Source: Kiritimatiellia bacterium (GTDB lineage Bacteria > Verrucomicrobiota > Kiritimatiellia > RFP12 > UBA1067). From it: DNA of 64,000 nt. This document shows positions 18,457 to 27,802 of this stretch, one piece after another (positions within the stretch are counted from its first letter, which is position 1; the number at the start of each line of letters is the position of its first letter). The stretch spans positions 32,001 to 96,000 of the forward strand of contig JBMNFY010000004.1 in assembly GCA_050949565.1 (NCBI GenBank), read 5' to 3'. The position numbers and the translations under genes are program-made. The notes beneath the pieces were generated by a model that did not search any database, was not told the origin of the DNA, and saw only the letters and a list, made by a program, of their open reading frames with translations.

Positions 18457-20652
18457 ATGTCATTAGGTTTATTTAAGAAACTCGCGGGGAAACTTCTGGG
18501 CGGATCCGACGCTCCCGCAAAATCAGCGCCGGCAAAAGGTAAGGACAAAAAAGCCAACGCTACGTCGGGACGCGCGAGCGACACGCAGCGGAAAAAAGGC
18601 CGCCGGAATGGCACCAACGCCAAAGATAGCGGCAGTACCAAAAAAAGCGGTGCCAAAAGCGGTGCCAAAAGCGACGGTGCTAAGGCCGGAAACGGTCGTG
18701 CCAACCGGTCGTCTCGTGGATCGCGTGGCGATGCCCCGCAGCGTACCCGGCGCGAAGAACCTCGCGATGAACGCAGCGAACGCAAGCAGCCCGCATCGGT
18801 TGCGCCGACCGCAGCGGCCCGCGCGGTCGCACGGCCGAGCGCCAAAAGGCGGCGTGGCCGTGATGCTGAGCGTGAAGAACGCGTGAACACCGATCCCAAG
18901 GCGCACCGCCCCGGCGGGGCGTTGGCCGATACCGAGGTCGCTCGGCGTTTGGAAGAGCACGCCGCTTGGTCGCTCGACCAGTATGCGGTAGAGCCGGCTG
19001 AGGGTAAGAAGCGCTTTCACGATTTTGATCTGCCGTCGGAGCTGATGCACGCGGTGTGCGATCTGGGTTTCCAATACTGTACGCCCATTCAGGCGCTCAG
19101 CCTCGAGCATGCGCTGGCCGGTAAGAATGTCGCCGGCAAGGCGCAGACCGGCACCGGCAAGACCGCGGCTTTTCTGGTTGCGATTCTTACGCGCTATCTG
19201 CGCACGCCCGAGGCGCGCCACGAAAGAGGCGGCACGCCCCGCGCGCTGGTGATCGCGCCGACACGTGAGTTGGTGATTCAGATTTGCAAGGACGCTGCCA
19301 ATATCGGTAAATACTGCGACCTGCGCTCGCTGGCCATCTACGGCGGCATGGACTACGAACGCCAGAAGCGCGAGGTGACCGCCGCGCCTGTCGATCTGCT
19401 GGTTGCCACGCCCGGACGCCTGCTCGATTTTGTGCGCTCGCGCGTCGTGGACCTGTCGAAGGTCGATACCCTGGTTATTGACGAGGCAGACCGCATGTTG
19501 GACATGGGGTTCATTCCAGATGTGCGGTCGATCATAAACCGCCTGCCGTCCAAAGACAAGCGCTGCACCATGCTGTACAGCGCGACGCTGGACGATGCGG
19601 TGATGCGCTTGGCGTCGCAGTGGATGGAAGCCCCCGTCAAGATTGAGGTGGAGTCGGAGCAAGTTACCACGAAAACGGTCAAGCAGATCGTCTACGTCGT
19701 TACGGCGAACGAAAAGTTCACAGTGCTCTACAATCTGATCCAGCAGTATCCGGAATCGCGTATGCTGGTCTTCTGCAACCGCCGCAGCACCACCGAGGAT
19801 GTCGCCAAGGGGTTGTCGCGTCGCGGGGTTCGTTGCGAGATGCTGAGCGGCGACGTGAACCAGAACCGTCGCCTGCACGTGCTGGAGGACTTCCGCGAAG
19901 GCAAGGTTCGTACAGTGGTGGCGACAGACGTAGCAGGGCGCGGCTTACACGTCGATGATATTGGGTTTGTCGTGAATTTCGACTTCCCCTACGAGCCGGA
20001 GGATTACGTACACCGCATCGGGCGCACGGGGCGTGCGGGTCACACCGGCACTGCGATTTCGTTTGCAGACGAAGATGAATCTTTTATTATTCCGGACATT
20101 GAGGAGTTCATTGGCGAAGAGCTGAAGTGTACGGTGCTGCACAGTGACGATCCGCTGTTGGCTAAGTTGCCGCCCTGTCCGCCGCGCCCCCGCGAAGGCG
20201 GCAAGTCGCGCACGGCGCAGCCGCGCAAGGAGCGGTCTCGTGGCGGTCGGCGGCAGGAGACCGCTTCTGCGTCGCGTGACGCGGAGAAGCGTGCGCCGCA
20301 GAAAAAAGATGCGGCGCATGCCGCCGACCAGTCGCCGCCGCGTGGGGCTGCCGCTGCGCCGGGTGAAACGGAGAAGCGCGCGCCGCAGAAAAAGAAGGAA
20401 GCGGAACGTGCTGCGCCGAAAAAGGCGGAGCAGCCGGAGCCCAAGCCGACGAAGCCTGAGCCCACTGCCGCGCCGCGTCGGAAGGCGCCTGCCAAACCGG
20501 CTGCGCAGTCCCGTGAGGCGAAACCGGCTGCTACGCCGACGTCAGCCCCCGCGCCGCGACGTACGTCTGCGGTGGTGCCGGCTCAGCCGACTGCGCTCGC
20601 GGTGCGTCGCGCGTCGCGTTTTTCTGAGGAATGGGTGCCGGGTGAGAAGTAA
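18457..20652 (+). CDS. rhlB: DEAD-box RNA helicase (RhlB-like) with long basic disordered N- and C-tails
   Basis: Q motif GFQYCTPIQ, AQTGTGKT, PTREL, DEAD, SAT, HRIGRTGRAG. Confidence 0.8.
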   Translation: MSLGLFKKLAGKLLGGSDAPAKSAPAKGKDKKANATSGRASDTQRKKGRRNGTNAKDSGSTKKSGAKSGAKSDGAKAGNGRANRSSRGSRGDAPQRTRREEPRDERSERKQPASVAPTAAARAVARPSAKRRRGRDAEREERVNTDPKAHRPGGALADTEVARRLEEHAAWSLDQYAVEPAEGKKRFHDFDLPSELMHAVCDLGFQYCTPIQALSLEHALAGKNVAGKAQTGTGKTAAFLVAILTRYLRTPEARHERGGTPRALVIAPTRELVIQICKDAANIGKYCDLRSLAIYGGMDYERQKREVTAAPVDLLVATPGRLLDFVRSRVVDLSKVDTLVIDEADRMLDMGFIPDVRSIINRLPSKDKRCTMLYSATLDDAVMRLASQWMEAPVKIEVESEQVTTKTVKQIVYVVTANEKFTVLYNLIQQYPESRMLVFCNRRSTTEDVAKGLSRRGVRCEMLSGDVNQNRRLHVLEDFREGKVRTVVATDVAGRGLHVDDIGFVVNFDFPYEPEDYVHRIGRTGRAGHTGTAISFADEDESFIIPDIEEFIGEELKCTVLHSDDPLLAKLPPCPPRPREGGKSRTAQPRKERSRGGRRQETASASRDAEKRAPQKKDAAHAADQSPPRGAAAAPGETEKRAPQKKKEAERAAPKKAEQPEPKPTKPEPTAAPRRKAPAKPAAQSREAKPAATPTSAPAPRRTSAVVPAQPTALAVRRASRFSEEWVPGEK

Positions 20653-20664
20653 TCAAGTTACAGG

Positions 20665-20712
20665 CAGGTGACAGGGATGTGCGAAGATCGCGCGTTTCTG
20701 GTGAAAAGGAGG
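20665..20712 (-). repeat. Isolated right arm of the 5121/53467 composite element; contains the SD of the next gene
   Basis: Reverse complement ctccttttcaccagaaacgcgcgatcttcgcacatccctgtcac matches 5421-5466 and 53668-53709. Confidence 0.8.
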
Positions 20713-20721
20713 AGGTAAGGT

Positions 20722-21327
20722 ATGTTGCGTAGGACTGGATGGCTGGGAGTGGCGTTGTGCGTGGTGGTCGGTGCGGTGCGTGCCGAAATGGTCAGCGTGG
20801 TGCAGATCACCGACATGCGCGGGCAGGTGGCATTCGAGATAATGAACCGCGAGGAGTACGCCGCGATTCAGAAAGAGATCAGGGAAGAGATGGCGGTCTA
20901 TCAAGCGGCTGCGGCCGATGCCAAAAAAGAGTGGGATGCCAACAAGGAGAACAAGCTCCCGTTCCAAGGCAACCGCATTAAGCCGCGTTCTGCGCGAAAG
21001 ATGCCCCCTGACTTCAATGATCGTGACAAGGCGGAAAAGCGTAAGTCGGTGCTTGAGGAGCGTGCGGCGCAGCGGCAGCTCAACGAGATGGAGAAGGAAA
21101 GTCAGAAGAAGGGTAAAACGCAGTCTGATTCCGCCATCGCCAAAGAAGAGGCTCGCGTCAAGGCGTATGAAGATGCGTTCACCATGATCAGCAAGCGCAT
21201 GGGCGAAAAGCTCGGCCGTCCGGTTCCCAGTATCGGTTTTGCCTTTGAGGCCGCGCCTAAGAAGGAAGAAGCGCCCAAGAAAGACGACAAGAAGGATGAC
21301 AAGAAGGCCGAGAAAAAGGCCGACTGA
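20722..21327 (+). CDS. Hypothetical exported helical Lys/Glu-rich protein
   Basis: Signal peptide ending AVRA, strong SD aaggaggagg. Confidence 0.75.
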   Translation: MLRRTGWLGVALCVVVGAVRAEMVSVVQITDMRGQVAFEIMNREEYAAIQKEIREEMAVYQAAAADAKKEWDANKENKLPFQGNRIKPRSARKMPPDFNDRDKAEKRKSVLEERAAQRQLNEMEKESQKKGKTQSDSAIAKEEARVKAYEDAFTMISKRMGEKLGRPVPSIGFAFEAAPKKEEAPKKDDKKDDKKAEKKAD

Positions 21328-21334
21328 GGTTGTT

Positions 21335-21410
21335 TCTCACACGAAGACACGAAGGGCACAAAGGGGAATGGGTGGAAAAACCTTTGTGTCCTTTGTGCCT
21401 TTGTGAGAGA
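21335..21410. repeat. Inverted nonamer arrays (CACGAAG/CACAAAG ... CTTTGTG)
   Basis: tctcacacgaagacacgaagggcacaaagg / cctttgtgtcctttgtgcctttgtgagaga; family also at 31546, 42157, 53048. Confidence 0.88.
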
Positions 21411-21448
21411 TTAAATTTTACGGGCTCTGCCCGTACGAGGAGAGTCGC

Positions 21449-22798
21449 ATGGCTAAGAAACGAATAACCGAGGACGTGCTTTGTCCGCCGCCGGCGACTT
21501 TGCCGGTCTTGACCACGTGGTCGGTCAAACGGCCGAACGCTGAGGTGGACGCCTTCCTATCGCGTCCGGCCTTCGCGCCGGAGGCCGAAGCCGCCGCTGC
21601 TGAGGTGCTGGCGGATATCCGCAAACGCGGTGACGCGGCGGTGCTTGCGGCGGCCAAACGTTTTGACCGTGCCGTGCTGACGGCCGAGGAAATGCGAGTG
21701 ACCGCCGCTGAACTGTCTGCGGCGACCAAGGCGGTGCCCGCGCGTGTGAAACGTGCCGTCAAGGATGCCCACGCGCGTGTGAAGCTCTTTGCCGAAGCAG
21801 GGCTGCACGAGCCTTGGTATTTGCGCACGCCGCAGGGCGGGTATGCGGGCGAGTTCTATTCACCGATGGACCGCGTGGGCGTGTACGTGCCGGGCGGCAC
21901 CGCGCCGCTCGCCTCCACGGCAGTGATGACCGTGACACTGGCTCAGGTGGCTGGCGTGCGTGAGATTGTCGCCTGTACGCCGTGCGGCCCGGACAAGCAG
22001 GTGAACCCGGTTCTGCTCTATGCGCTCAAACTCGCCGGTGCGACTGAAATCTACAAGGTGGGCGGCATCCAGTCGATCGGCCTGATGGCCTTCGGTACGA
22101 AGAGTGTGCGTCCGGTGCAGAAAATCGCGGGCCCCGGCAACGCCTTTGTGACCGCCGCCAAGCGTCAGGTCTACGGCTACGTGGCCATCGACCAGGTGGC
22201 CGGGCCGAGCGAGATCGCGGTACTTGCGGACGACTCGGCAAATCCGGCGTGGGTGGCGGCTGATCTGCTCTCGCAGGCCGAACACGGCAGCGGACATGAG
22301 AAGGCGTTGCTGGCCACCGACTCGCAGGCGCTCGCGGAGGCGGTGAGCGACGAGATTGTCTGGCAGACGCCGAAGTTGTCGCGTGCCGATAGGGTCGAGC
22401 GCGTGTTGCAGCGGCAGGGCATTCTGCTGGCGATTGTGCCGAACCTTAAGCAGGGTATGGAACTGGTGAACCGCTTCGCCCCGGAACACTTTGAGATCAT
22501 GACGCGCGATGCGCGGATGTGGCTCAACGACGTGCGCGCGGCGGGAGCGGTCTTTATCGGACCTTGGACGCCCGAGTCTGCCGGTGATTTTGTCGCCGGT
22601 CCTAGTCATGTGCTGCCGACTGGCGGCGCGGCGCGCATGTTTAGCGGACTGACGGCCGACGACTTCCGGCGACGCCACAGCTTCGTGGAGTTCACCGAGG
22701 CCGATCTGGCCGAGACCCTCGCATCGATCGAGACCTTTGCCGATGTCGAAGGACTCGATGCGCACGGCCGTTCGGCATCAATTCGCTTTCGCGAATGA
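21449..22798 (+). CDS. hisD: Histidinol dehydrogenase
   Basis: VGVYVPGG, GPGNAFV, AGPSE, DLLSQAEH, APEH, AGPSHVLPT. Confidence 0.97.
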   Translation: MAKKRITEDVLCPPPATLPVLTTWSVKRPNAEVDAFLSRPAFAPEAEAAAAEVLADIRKRGDAAVLAAAKRFDRAVLTAEEMRVTAAELSAATKAVPARVKRAVKDAHARVKLFAEAGLHEPWYLRTPQGGYAGEFYSPMDRVGVYVPGGTAPLASTAVMTVTLAQVAGVREIVACTPCGPDKQVNPVLLYALKLAGATEIYKVGGIQSIGLMAFGTKSVRPVQKIAGPGNAFVTAAKRQVYGYVAIDQVAGPSEIAVLADDSANPAWVAADLLSQAEHGSGHEKALLATDSQALAEAVSDEIVWQTPKLSRADRVERVLQRQGILLAIVPNLKQGMELVNRFAPEHFEIMTRDARMWLNDVRAAGAVFIGPWTPESAGDFVAGPSHVLPTGGAARMFSGLTADDFRRRHSFVEFTEADLAETLASIETFADVEGLDAHGRSASIRFRE

Positions 22799-22799
22799 A

Positions 22800-22835
22800 G
22801 TAATAGGCGATAGGTAGTAGGTAATAGGTAAGAGG
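22800..22835 (+). repeat. TAATAGG-type heptamer run after the hisD stop
   Basis: taataggcgataggtagtaggtaataggtaagagg; same family at 60190-60211. Confidence 0.8.
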
Positions 22836-22842
22836 TGTGATC

Positions 22843-23046
22843 TTTTTGTGACCACCCAGTGGTCACAAAGACGAGGGTAAAACCTTACACCCCGTAGCCG
22901 CTCCCCGCCCGTGGCCATTCACAGCATCACGGGCACTTTTCGGGCTACCCCCGCACGATCCCCATTGCATGTCCTGCGTGCGCCCGACGCCCGTTCTCTC
23001 GCCCGTTTTTACACTCGTCATTGCGACCACTGGGTGGTCGCAATAA
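22843..23046. repeat. About 205-bp non-autonomous element with palindromic ends TTG(T/C)GACCAC-NNN-GTGGTC(A/G)CAA
   Basis: Diverged inverted copy at 50237-50445; partial end at 1-16. Confidence 0.88.
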
Positions 23047-23054
23047 CGCGCAAC

Positions 23055-23426
23055 TTACGGCGCAGGCGCGGGAGCCGGCGCTGCGGGAGCCGCAGGGGTC
23101 GCAGGCGCGCTCGGTGCCGAGAACGGCAGTGCTTGCTGTTCAGCAGCGGCAGGCGCGGGCGTTTTGACGCCCTCCATGACCGAGGTGCCGACGTGGGAGG
23201 TCAGGCGCGAAAGCACCAGCGTGTTCAGCAGGAAGATGATCCCCAGAATGACCGTAGTTTTGGTCAAGACGTTGCCCATCTGGGCACCGAAAAGGGCCTC
23301 TCCCATACCGCCGCCGAAGCTGACGCCCAGTCCACCCTCTTTTGGCTTTTGCAACAGGATCACCCCGCCCAGCAAAAAGCACACAACTATTTCGAGCACA
23401 TACAAAAAACCGATCAGAATCTGCAT
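23055..23426 (-). CDS. secG: Preprotein translocase subunit SecG
   Basis: ILLQKPKEGGLGVSFGGG, LFGA, NVLTKTT, two TM helices. Confidence 0.93.
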   Translation of the reverse strand: MQILIGFLYVLEIVVCFLLGGVILLQKPKEGGLGVSFGGGMGEALFGAQMGNVLTKTTVILGIIFLLNTLVLSRLTSHVGTSVMEGVKTPAPAAAEQQALPFSAPSAPATPAAPAAPAPAPAP

Positions 23427-23541
23427 AACCGCACTCCGTTACACGTCCCCACATTAGCATCGGGGCCAAAACGAACGTCACTTATAGCAAATAACGGCGG
23501 CTGTCAGCAATAGCAATTTTTGCGGTATCAACAATCGGGAA

Positions 23542-23570
23542 TTGTCAAGCGGGACGGAAAGCACTACACT
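23542..23570 (+). promoter_or_regulatory. Sigma70 promoter for the rib operon leader
   Basis: TTGTCA-17 nt-TACACT just upstream of the riboswitch. Confidence 0.65.
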
Positions 23571-23583
23571 GTTCGGCAAATGA

Positions 23584-23727
23584 GTGTCTTCGGGGCAAGG
23601 TGACCCGGCTGTGAGGCTGGGGATTCCTGACCGGCGGTAGAGCCCGCGACTGGCAAGCTGTTCCTGCTTGCCACTGACACGGTTTGATTCCGTGGCCGAC
23701 AGTTAAAGTCTGGATGATAGAAGGCAT
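23584..23727 (+). ncRNA. FMN riboswitch (RFN element)
   Basis: TCTTCGGGGCAAGGTGA..ATTCCTGACCGGCGGTAGAGCCCGCGA..GATTCCGTGGCCGACAGTTAAAGTCTGGATGATAGAAGG, upstream of ribBA. Confidence 0.93.
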
Positions 23728-23746
23728 CTTGGTGCGTATGGCTTTG

Positions 23747-23780
23747 CCCCGGCTTGTAACATGCCGGGGTTTTTTGTTTT
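23747..23780 (+). terminator. Riboswitch expression-platform intrinsic terminator
   Basis: ccccggc-ttgtaacat-gccgggg followed by ttttttgtttt. Confidence 0.85.
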
Positions 23781-23790
23781 GGAGAAGGGT

Positions 23791-24999
23791 ATGGAGAGCG
23801 AGTCGATGTTTGATACAGTCGAGACATGCGTCGAGGCGTTTCGGCAAGGCCAGATGGTGATCGTGGCCGATGACGAAAACCGCGAGAATGAGGGCGACCT
23901 GATCATTGCGGCGGAGAAGATCACACCGGAAGCCATCAACTTCATGGTTACCAACGCGCGCGGACTGGTTTGCGTGCCGATGACCGGTGCCCGCCTGCGC
24001 GAATTGGGCGTAGAACGCGCGCCGAGCCGCAACCGGGGGGATAAATTTGCGACGGCTTTCACCTATTCGGTTGATGCCGCCACTGGCGTGACGACTGGCA
24101 TCAGCGCTGCCGACCGCGCGTGGACGGTCAAGACGTTGCTTGATCCCGCCGCCGGCCCGGAGTCGATCGTGAGCCCCGGCCATATCTTTCCGCTGGAGGC
24201 GCGCGAGGGCGGGGTGCTGGTGCGTGCCGGCCATACCGAGGCGGCTGTCGATCTCGCCAAACTGGCCGGGCTCAAGCCGGCGGGCGTGATCTGCGAGATC
24301 ATGCTGCCGGATGGCTCGATGGCGCGTCTGCCGGATCTGCGCGAGTTTGCCACGCAACATGGGCTCAAGATGCTGTCGATCGCGGACCTGATCCAGTATC
24401 GCCGCCACCGGGAACGGCTGATTGATCTCGTTGAGGAGGTAGAGTTGCCGACCGCGTACGGCCAGTTTAAGCTGCGTCTTTATACGTCGTCACCGGATGG
24501 CCGGGAGCATCTCGCGCTGGTCAAGGGCGACCTTGCTAAAGTCGACGCCCCCTTGGTGCGCGTGCACAGCGAATGTCTGACCGGCGATGTGCTCGGTTCG
24601 TTGCGCTGCGACTGCGGCAACCAGCTCCACACGGCGATGCAGATGGTGGAGAAGGAGGGGTGCGGTGTGATCCTGTATATGCGTCAGGAAGGGCGCGGCA
24701 TCGGTCTGGTCAATAAACTGCATGCCTATAAGCTGCAAGAGAACGGGCTGGACACCGTGGACGCCAACCTGAAACTGGGCTTTCCGGCGGACCTGCGCGA
24801 TTACGGCGTGGGCGCGCAGATTTTGGCGGATCTCGGGTTGAAGCGCATCCGTCTGATGACGAACAACCCCAAGAAGTTGGCCGGTCTGCAAGGTTATGGC
24901 TTGGAGATTGTCGAGCGTGTGCCGCTGGTGTTTCAGCCCGGCGACCACAATCGGCGCTATCTTGCGACCAAGAAGGCGCGCATGGGGCACATGATTTAG
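23791..24999 (+). CDS. ribBA: Bifunctional DHBP synthase / GTP cyclohydrolase II
   Basis: [47 protein letters not shown]; start placed after the terminator. Confidence 0.96.
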   Translation: MESESMFDTVETCVEAFRQGQMVIVADDENRENEGDLIIAAEKITPEAINFMVTNARGLVCVPMTGARLRELGVERAPSRNRGDKFATAFTYSVDAATGVTTGISAADRAWTVKTLLDPAAGPESIVSPGHIFPLEAREGGVLVRAGHTEAAVDLAKLAGLKPAGVICEIMLPDGSMARLPDLREFATQHGLKMLSIADLIQYRRHRERLIDLVEEVELPTAYGQFKLRLYTSSPDGREHLALVKGDLAKVDAPLVRVHSECLTGDVLGSLRCDCGNQLHTAMQMVEKEGCGVILYMRQEGRGIGLVNKLHAYKLQENGLDTVDANLKLGFPADLRDYGVGAQILADLGLKRIRLMTNNPKKLAGLQGYGLEIVERVPLVFQPGDHNRRYLATKKARMGHMI

Positions 25000-25012
25000 G
25001 AAAGGAAACATC

Positions 25013-25474
25013 ATGAAAGAGATCGTGGGAAAATTGGATGCAACGGGCCTGAAGATGGCCTTGGTGGTCAGCCGCTTCAACAGCTTTTTCACCGAGCAGT
25101 TGGTGAAGGGCGCAGTGGATTGTTTTGTGCGGCATGGTGGCAAAGAGGCGGACCTCACGCTGGTGCGCGTGCCGGGTGCCAATGAACTGCCCCAGGTAGC
25201 GCAGCGTCTGGCGGCGACCGGGAAGGTCGATGCGGTGGTCACGTTGGGCGCGGTCATTCAAGGAGCAACCCCGCACGCCGATCTGATCAACGGCACGGTG
25301 GCGCGCTCGCTCGCCAAAATCGCGCTCGATACCGGCGTGCCGGTTCTGAACGGCATTGTCTGTGCGCTGAATTTGGAACAGGCGATCGAACGCGCCGGCA
25401 CCAAGCAGGGCAACAAGGGCTGGGACGCGGTGGCAGCCGCGATCGAGACGGTCAACGTGCTCAAGGCTTTGTGA
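25013..25474 (+). CDS. ribH: 6,7-dimethyl-8-ribityllumazine synthase
   Basis: SRFN, VPGANELP, LGAVIQGATPH, QAIERAGTKQGNKG. Confidence 0.96.
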   Translation: MKEIVGKLDATGLKMALVVSRFNSFFTEQLVKGAVDCFVRHGGKEADLTLVRVPGANELPQVAQRLAATGKVDAVVTLGAVIQGATPHADLINGTVARSLAKIALDTGVPVLNGIVCALNLEQAIERAGTKQGNKGWDAVAAAIETVNVLKAL

Positions 25475-25483
25475 GGCGTATCT

Positions 25484-25978
25484 ATGGCGACACGCAGACA
25501 AGGACGCGAGTGGGCGCTGCAGATGCTGTTTCAGGCGGATATGAATCCGGGGCTGGACATCGAGAAGTCGATTCCTAAGTTCTGGCGGCAGCAGTACACC
25601 TGCAAGGTCGAAGAGGCCGAAGATCGTGATGTCGAGCTGCCCGCATCCAAAAAACCGGTGGAGGACCGCGTGGCACCGCCGAAGATTCGCGACTTCACCG
25701 AAAAGCTGGTGCGCGGTGTGCTAGGGCATCTTGACGAGATCGACGACAAGCTGGCCGCCTACACCAAAAACTGGCCGCTGTACCGCATGGGAACCGTCGA
25801 GCGCAATGTCCTGCGGCTCGCCTTCTACGAGTTGCTCTATTGCAGTGACGTGCCGCCTGCGGTTGTGCTAAATGAAGCGATCGATCTGGCCAAGTATTTC
25901 AGCAACACCGATTCTGGACGCTTTGTTAATGGCATCCTCGACCGCTTGAACAAGGATCTGCACCCAACGTCGAAGTGA
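25484..25978 (+). CDS. nusB: Transcription antitermination factor NusB
   Basis: RRQGREWALQMLF, ERNVLRLAFYEL, NEAIDLAK, FVNGILD. Confidence 0.96.
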   Translation: MATRRQGREWALQMLFQADMNPGLDIEKSIPKFWRQQYTCKVEEAEDRDVELPASKKPVEDRVAPPKIRDFTEKLVRGVLGHLDEIDDKLAAYTKNWPLYRMGTVERNVLRLAFYELLYCSDVPPAVVLNEAIDLAKYFSNTDSGRFVNGILDRLNKDLHPTSK

Positions 25979-25994
25979 AGGGCTTTTGGAAAAA

Positions 25995-26035
25995 GGATCA
26001 GACAGATCGGGCTGATCAGACGGATCTGACGGATC
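25995..26035 (+). repeat. GATCNGACG-type nonamer run after nusB
   Basis: gatcagacagatcgggctgatcagacggatctgacggatc. Confidence 0.75.
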
Positions 26036-26053
26036 AAACAAAAAACGAGCAGC

Positions 26054-27160
26054 ATGAATAGCGTTTCCAGCCATGACCGCAAGTGGATGCGGCGGGCGAT
26101 TGCGCTGGCGCGGCGCGGCGAAGGGCACACGCGCCCCAACCCGCCGGTCGGCGCTGTGGTCGTGTACGGCACCGGCAAACTGGGCGAGGGCTTTCACCGT
26201 CGCGCGGGCGAGGCGCATGCCGAGGTCGTGGCACTGGATGCTTGTCGCGGCGCGGCGCGCGGCGCGACGCTGTATGTGACGCTTGAGCCGTGCTCCACGC
26301 AGGGGCGTACGCCGCCCTGCACCGACCGCATTCTGAGCGAAGGCATCGCGCGCGTGGTGGTCGGCTGCTGCGATGAGAACAGCTGTCACCGCGGACGCGG
26401 TCTGGAGATCCTGGCCGCGCACGGGGTCGAGGTGGTCTGCGGCGTTTGCGAAGAAGAAGCACGCGAGTTGGCGCGTCCGTTTTTCAAGCACGTCACCACG
26501 GGACTGCCGTATGTGACGGTCAAGCTCGCGATGACGCTTGACGGGCGCATCGCCGACCGTGAGCAGCGTTCGCAATGGATCACCGGCGCGGCGGCACGCG
26601 CCGAGGTGCAGCGCCTGCGGCGGCGCGTGGATGTGATGCTGGTCGGGGCGGGCACGGTCTGCGCCGATGATCCGTCGTTGCTCTGTCGGTTGCGCGGAGC
26701 GGGGGACGACCTGATGCGTGTGGTGGTGGATGCGTCGGGGCGCACGCCGGCGCGGGCGCAGGTGTATACCGATGCGGCGGCGGCGCGTACGGTTGTGGCG
26801 ACGACGCAGGCCGGGGCAGCCCGCAAGGCGGCGGACTGGGCGCGGCAGGGTGCTCAGGTCTGGACATTCGACGCCGATGCCGATGGACGCGTGCCGCTCG
26901 AACCCTTGTTGAAACGATTGGGTGCGGCGGGGGTTCTGCATGTGCTCTGTGAAGGTGGCGGACGTTTGGCCGGTGCCTTGCAGGATGCGGGACTGGTGGA
27001 TGCCTACGATCTTTTTTATGCGCCGGTGCTGTTGGGTGACAGCCGGGCAGTCGGTGCGCTGGAAGGACGCGGCACGTTGCTGGCCGACGTGCTGCGCTGG
27101 CGTTGTGTGGATGTGAAGCGGTTCGGCGAGGATGTCCGGATCCGTGTACGGAGGGCGTGA
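26054..27160 (+). CDS. ribD: Riboflavin biosynthesis deaminase/reductase
   Basis: PNPPVG, HAE, TLEPC..GRTPPC, TLDG, SQWIT, EGGG. Confidence 0.96.
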   Translation: MNSVSSHDRKWMRRAIALARRGEGHTRPNPPVGAVVVYGTGKLGEGFHRRAGEAHAEVVALDACRGAARGATLYVTLEPCSTQGRTPPCTDRILSEGIARVVVGCCDENSCHRGRGLEILAAHGVEVVCGVCEEEARELARPFFKHVTTGLPYVTVKLAMTLDGRIADREQRSQWITGAAARAEVQRLRRRVDVMLVGAGTVCADDPSLLCRLRGAGDDLMRVVVDASGRTPARAQVYTDAAAARTVVATTQAGAARKAADWARQGAQVWTFDADADGRVPLEPLLKRLGAAGVLHVLCEGGGRLAGALQDAGLVDAYDLFYAPVLLGDSRAVGALEGRGTLLADVLRWRCVDVKRFGEDVRIRVRRA

Positions 27161-27163
27161 CAC

Positions 27164-27802
27164 ATGTTTACGGGACTCGTGCAGCGGGTAGGCGTGTTGA
27201 AGCAGCTGGCGCGCGCCGGCGAAGGGTGGGCGTTGACGCTGACGCATACGCCATGGCCGGATGCGCTCGTGCTCGGCGAGAGTGTCGCGGTACAGGGCGC
27301 GTGCCTGACGGTGACAGCGCAGGGCGAAGGATGGTTCACGGCTGATCTTTTGGACGAGACGCTGCAACGCACCGCGCTAAGGCGGCTGGGCGAAGGAACG
27401 CGGGTCAATCTCGAACGGGCTTTGGCGTTGGGCGACCGTCTCGGCGGCCACATCGTAAGCGGGCATGTCGATGAGCGCGGCGTGCTGGGCGCGATCGAAG
27501 ACCGCGGGCGCGATGTGGCGTGGTGGATCACCTGCTCCACGTCGTTGGCGCGGCAGACGGTGTTGAAAGGTTCGGTCGCAATTGACGGCGTGAGCCTCAC
27601 GGTCTCGGGACTCAGTGATAACGGCTTTGAGGTCAATCTCATTCCCCACACGCTGAAAGAAACCAGCCTGTGCGACCGTCGGGTCGGCGATGAGGTCAAT
27701 CTGGAAGGCGACCTGCTGGGCAAGTATGTGGCGCGTCTGTTGGGTCGGGATGAGTCGGGCGGAATCACCGAACGCATGTTGGCGGAGAACGGATTTTTAT
27801 GA
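27164..27802 (+). CDS. ribE: Riboflavin synthase alpha chain
   Basis: MFTGLV, VNLERA, GGHIVSGHVD, KGSVAIDGVSLTV, IPHT. Confidence 0.96.
   Translation: MFTGLVQRVGVLKQLARAGEGWALTLTHTPWPDALVLGESVAVQGACLTVTAQGEGWFTADLLDETLQRTALRRLGEGTRVNLERALALGDRLGGHIVSGHVDERGVLGAIEDRGRDVAWWITCSTSLARQTVLKGSVAIDGVSLTVSGLSDNGFEVNLIPHTLKETSLCDRRVGDEVNLEGDLLGKYVARLLGRDESGGITERMLAENGFL

Noticed and set aside
23761-23790. ribBA start at 23761
   Set aside because: Lies inside the riboswitch terminator stem; ATG 23791 has a purine-rich RBS
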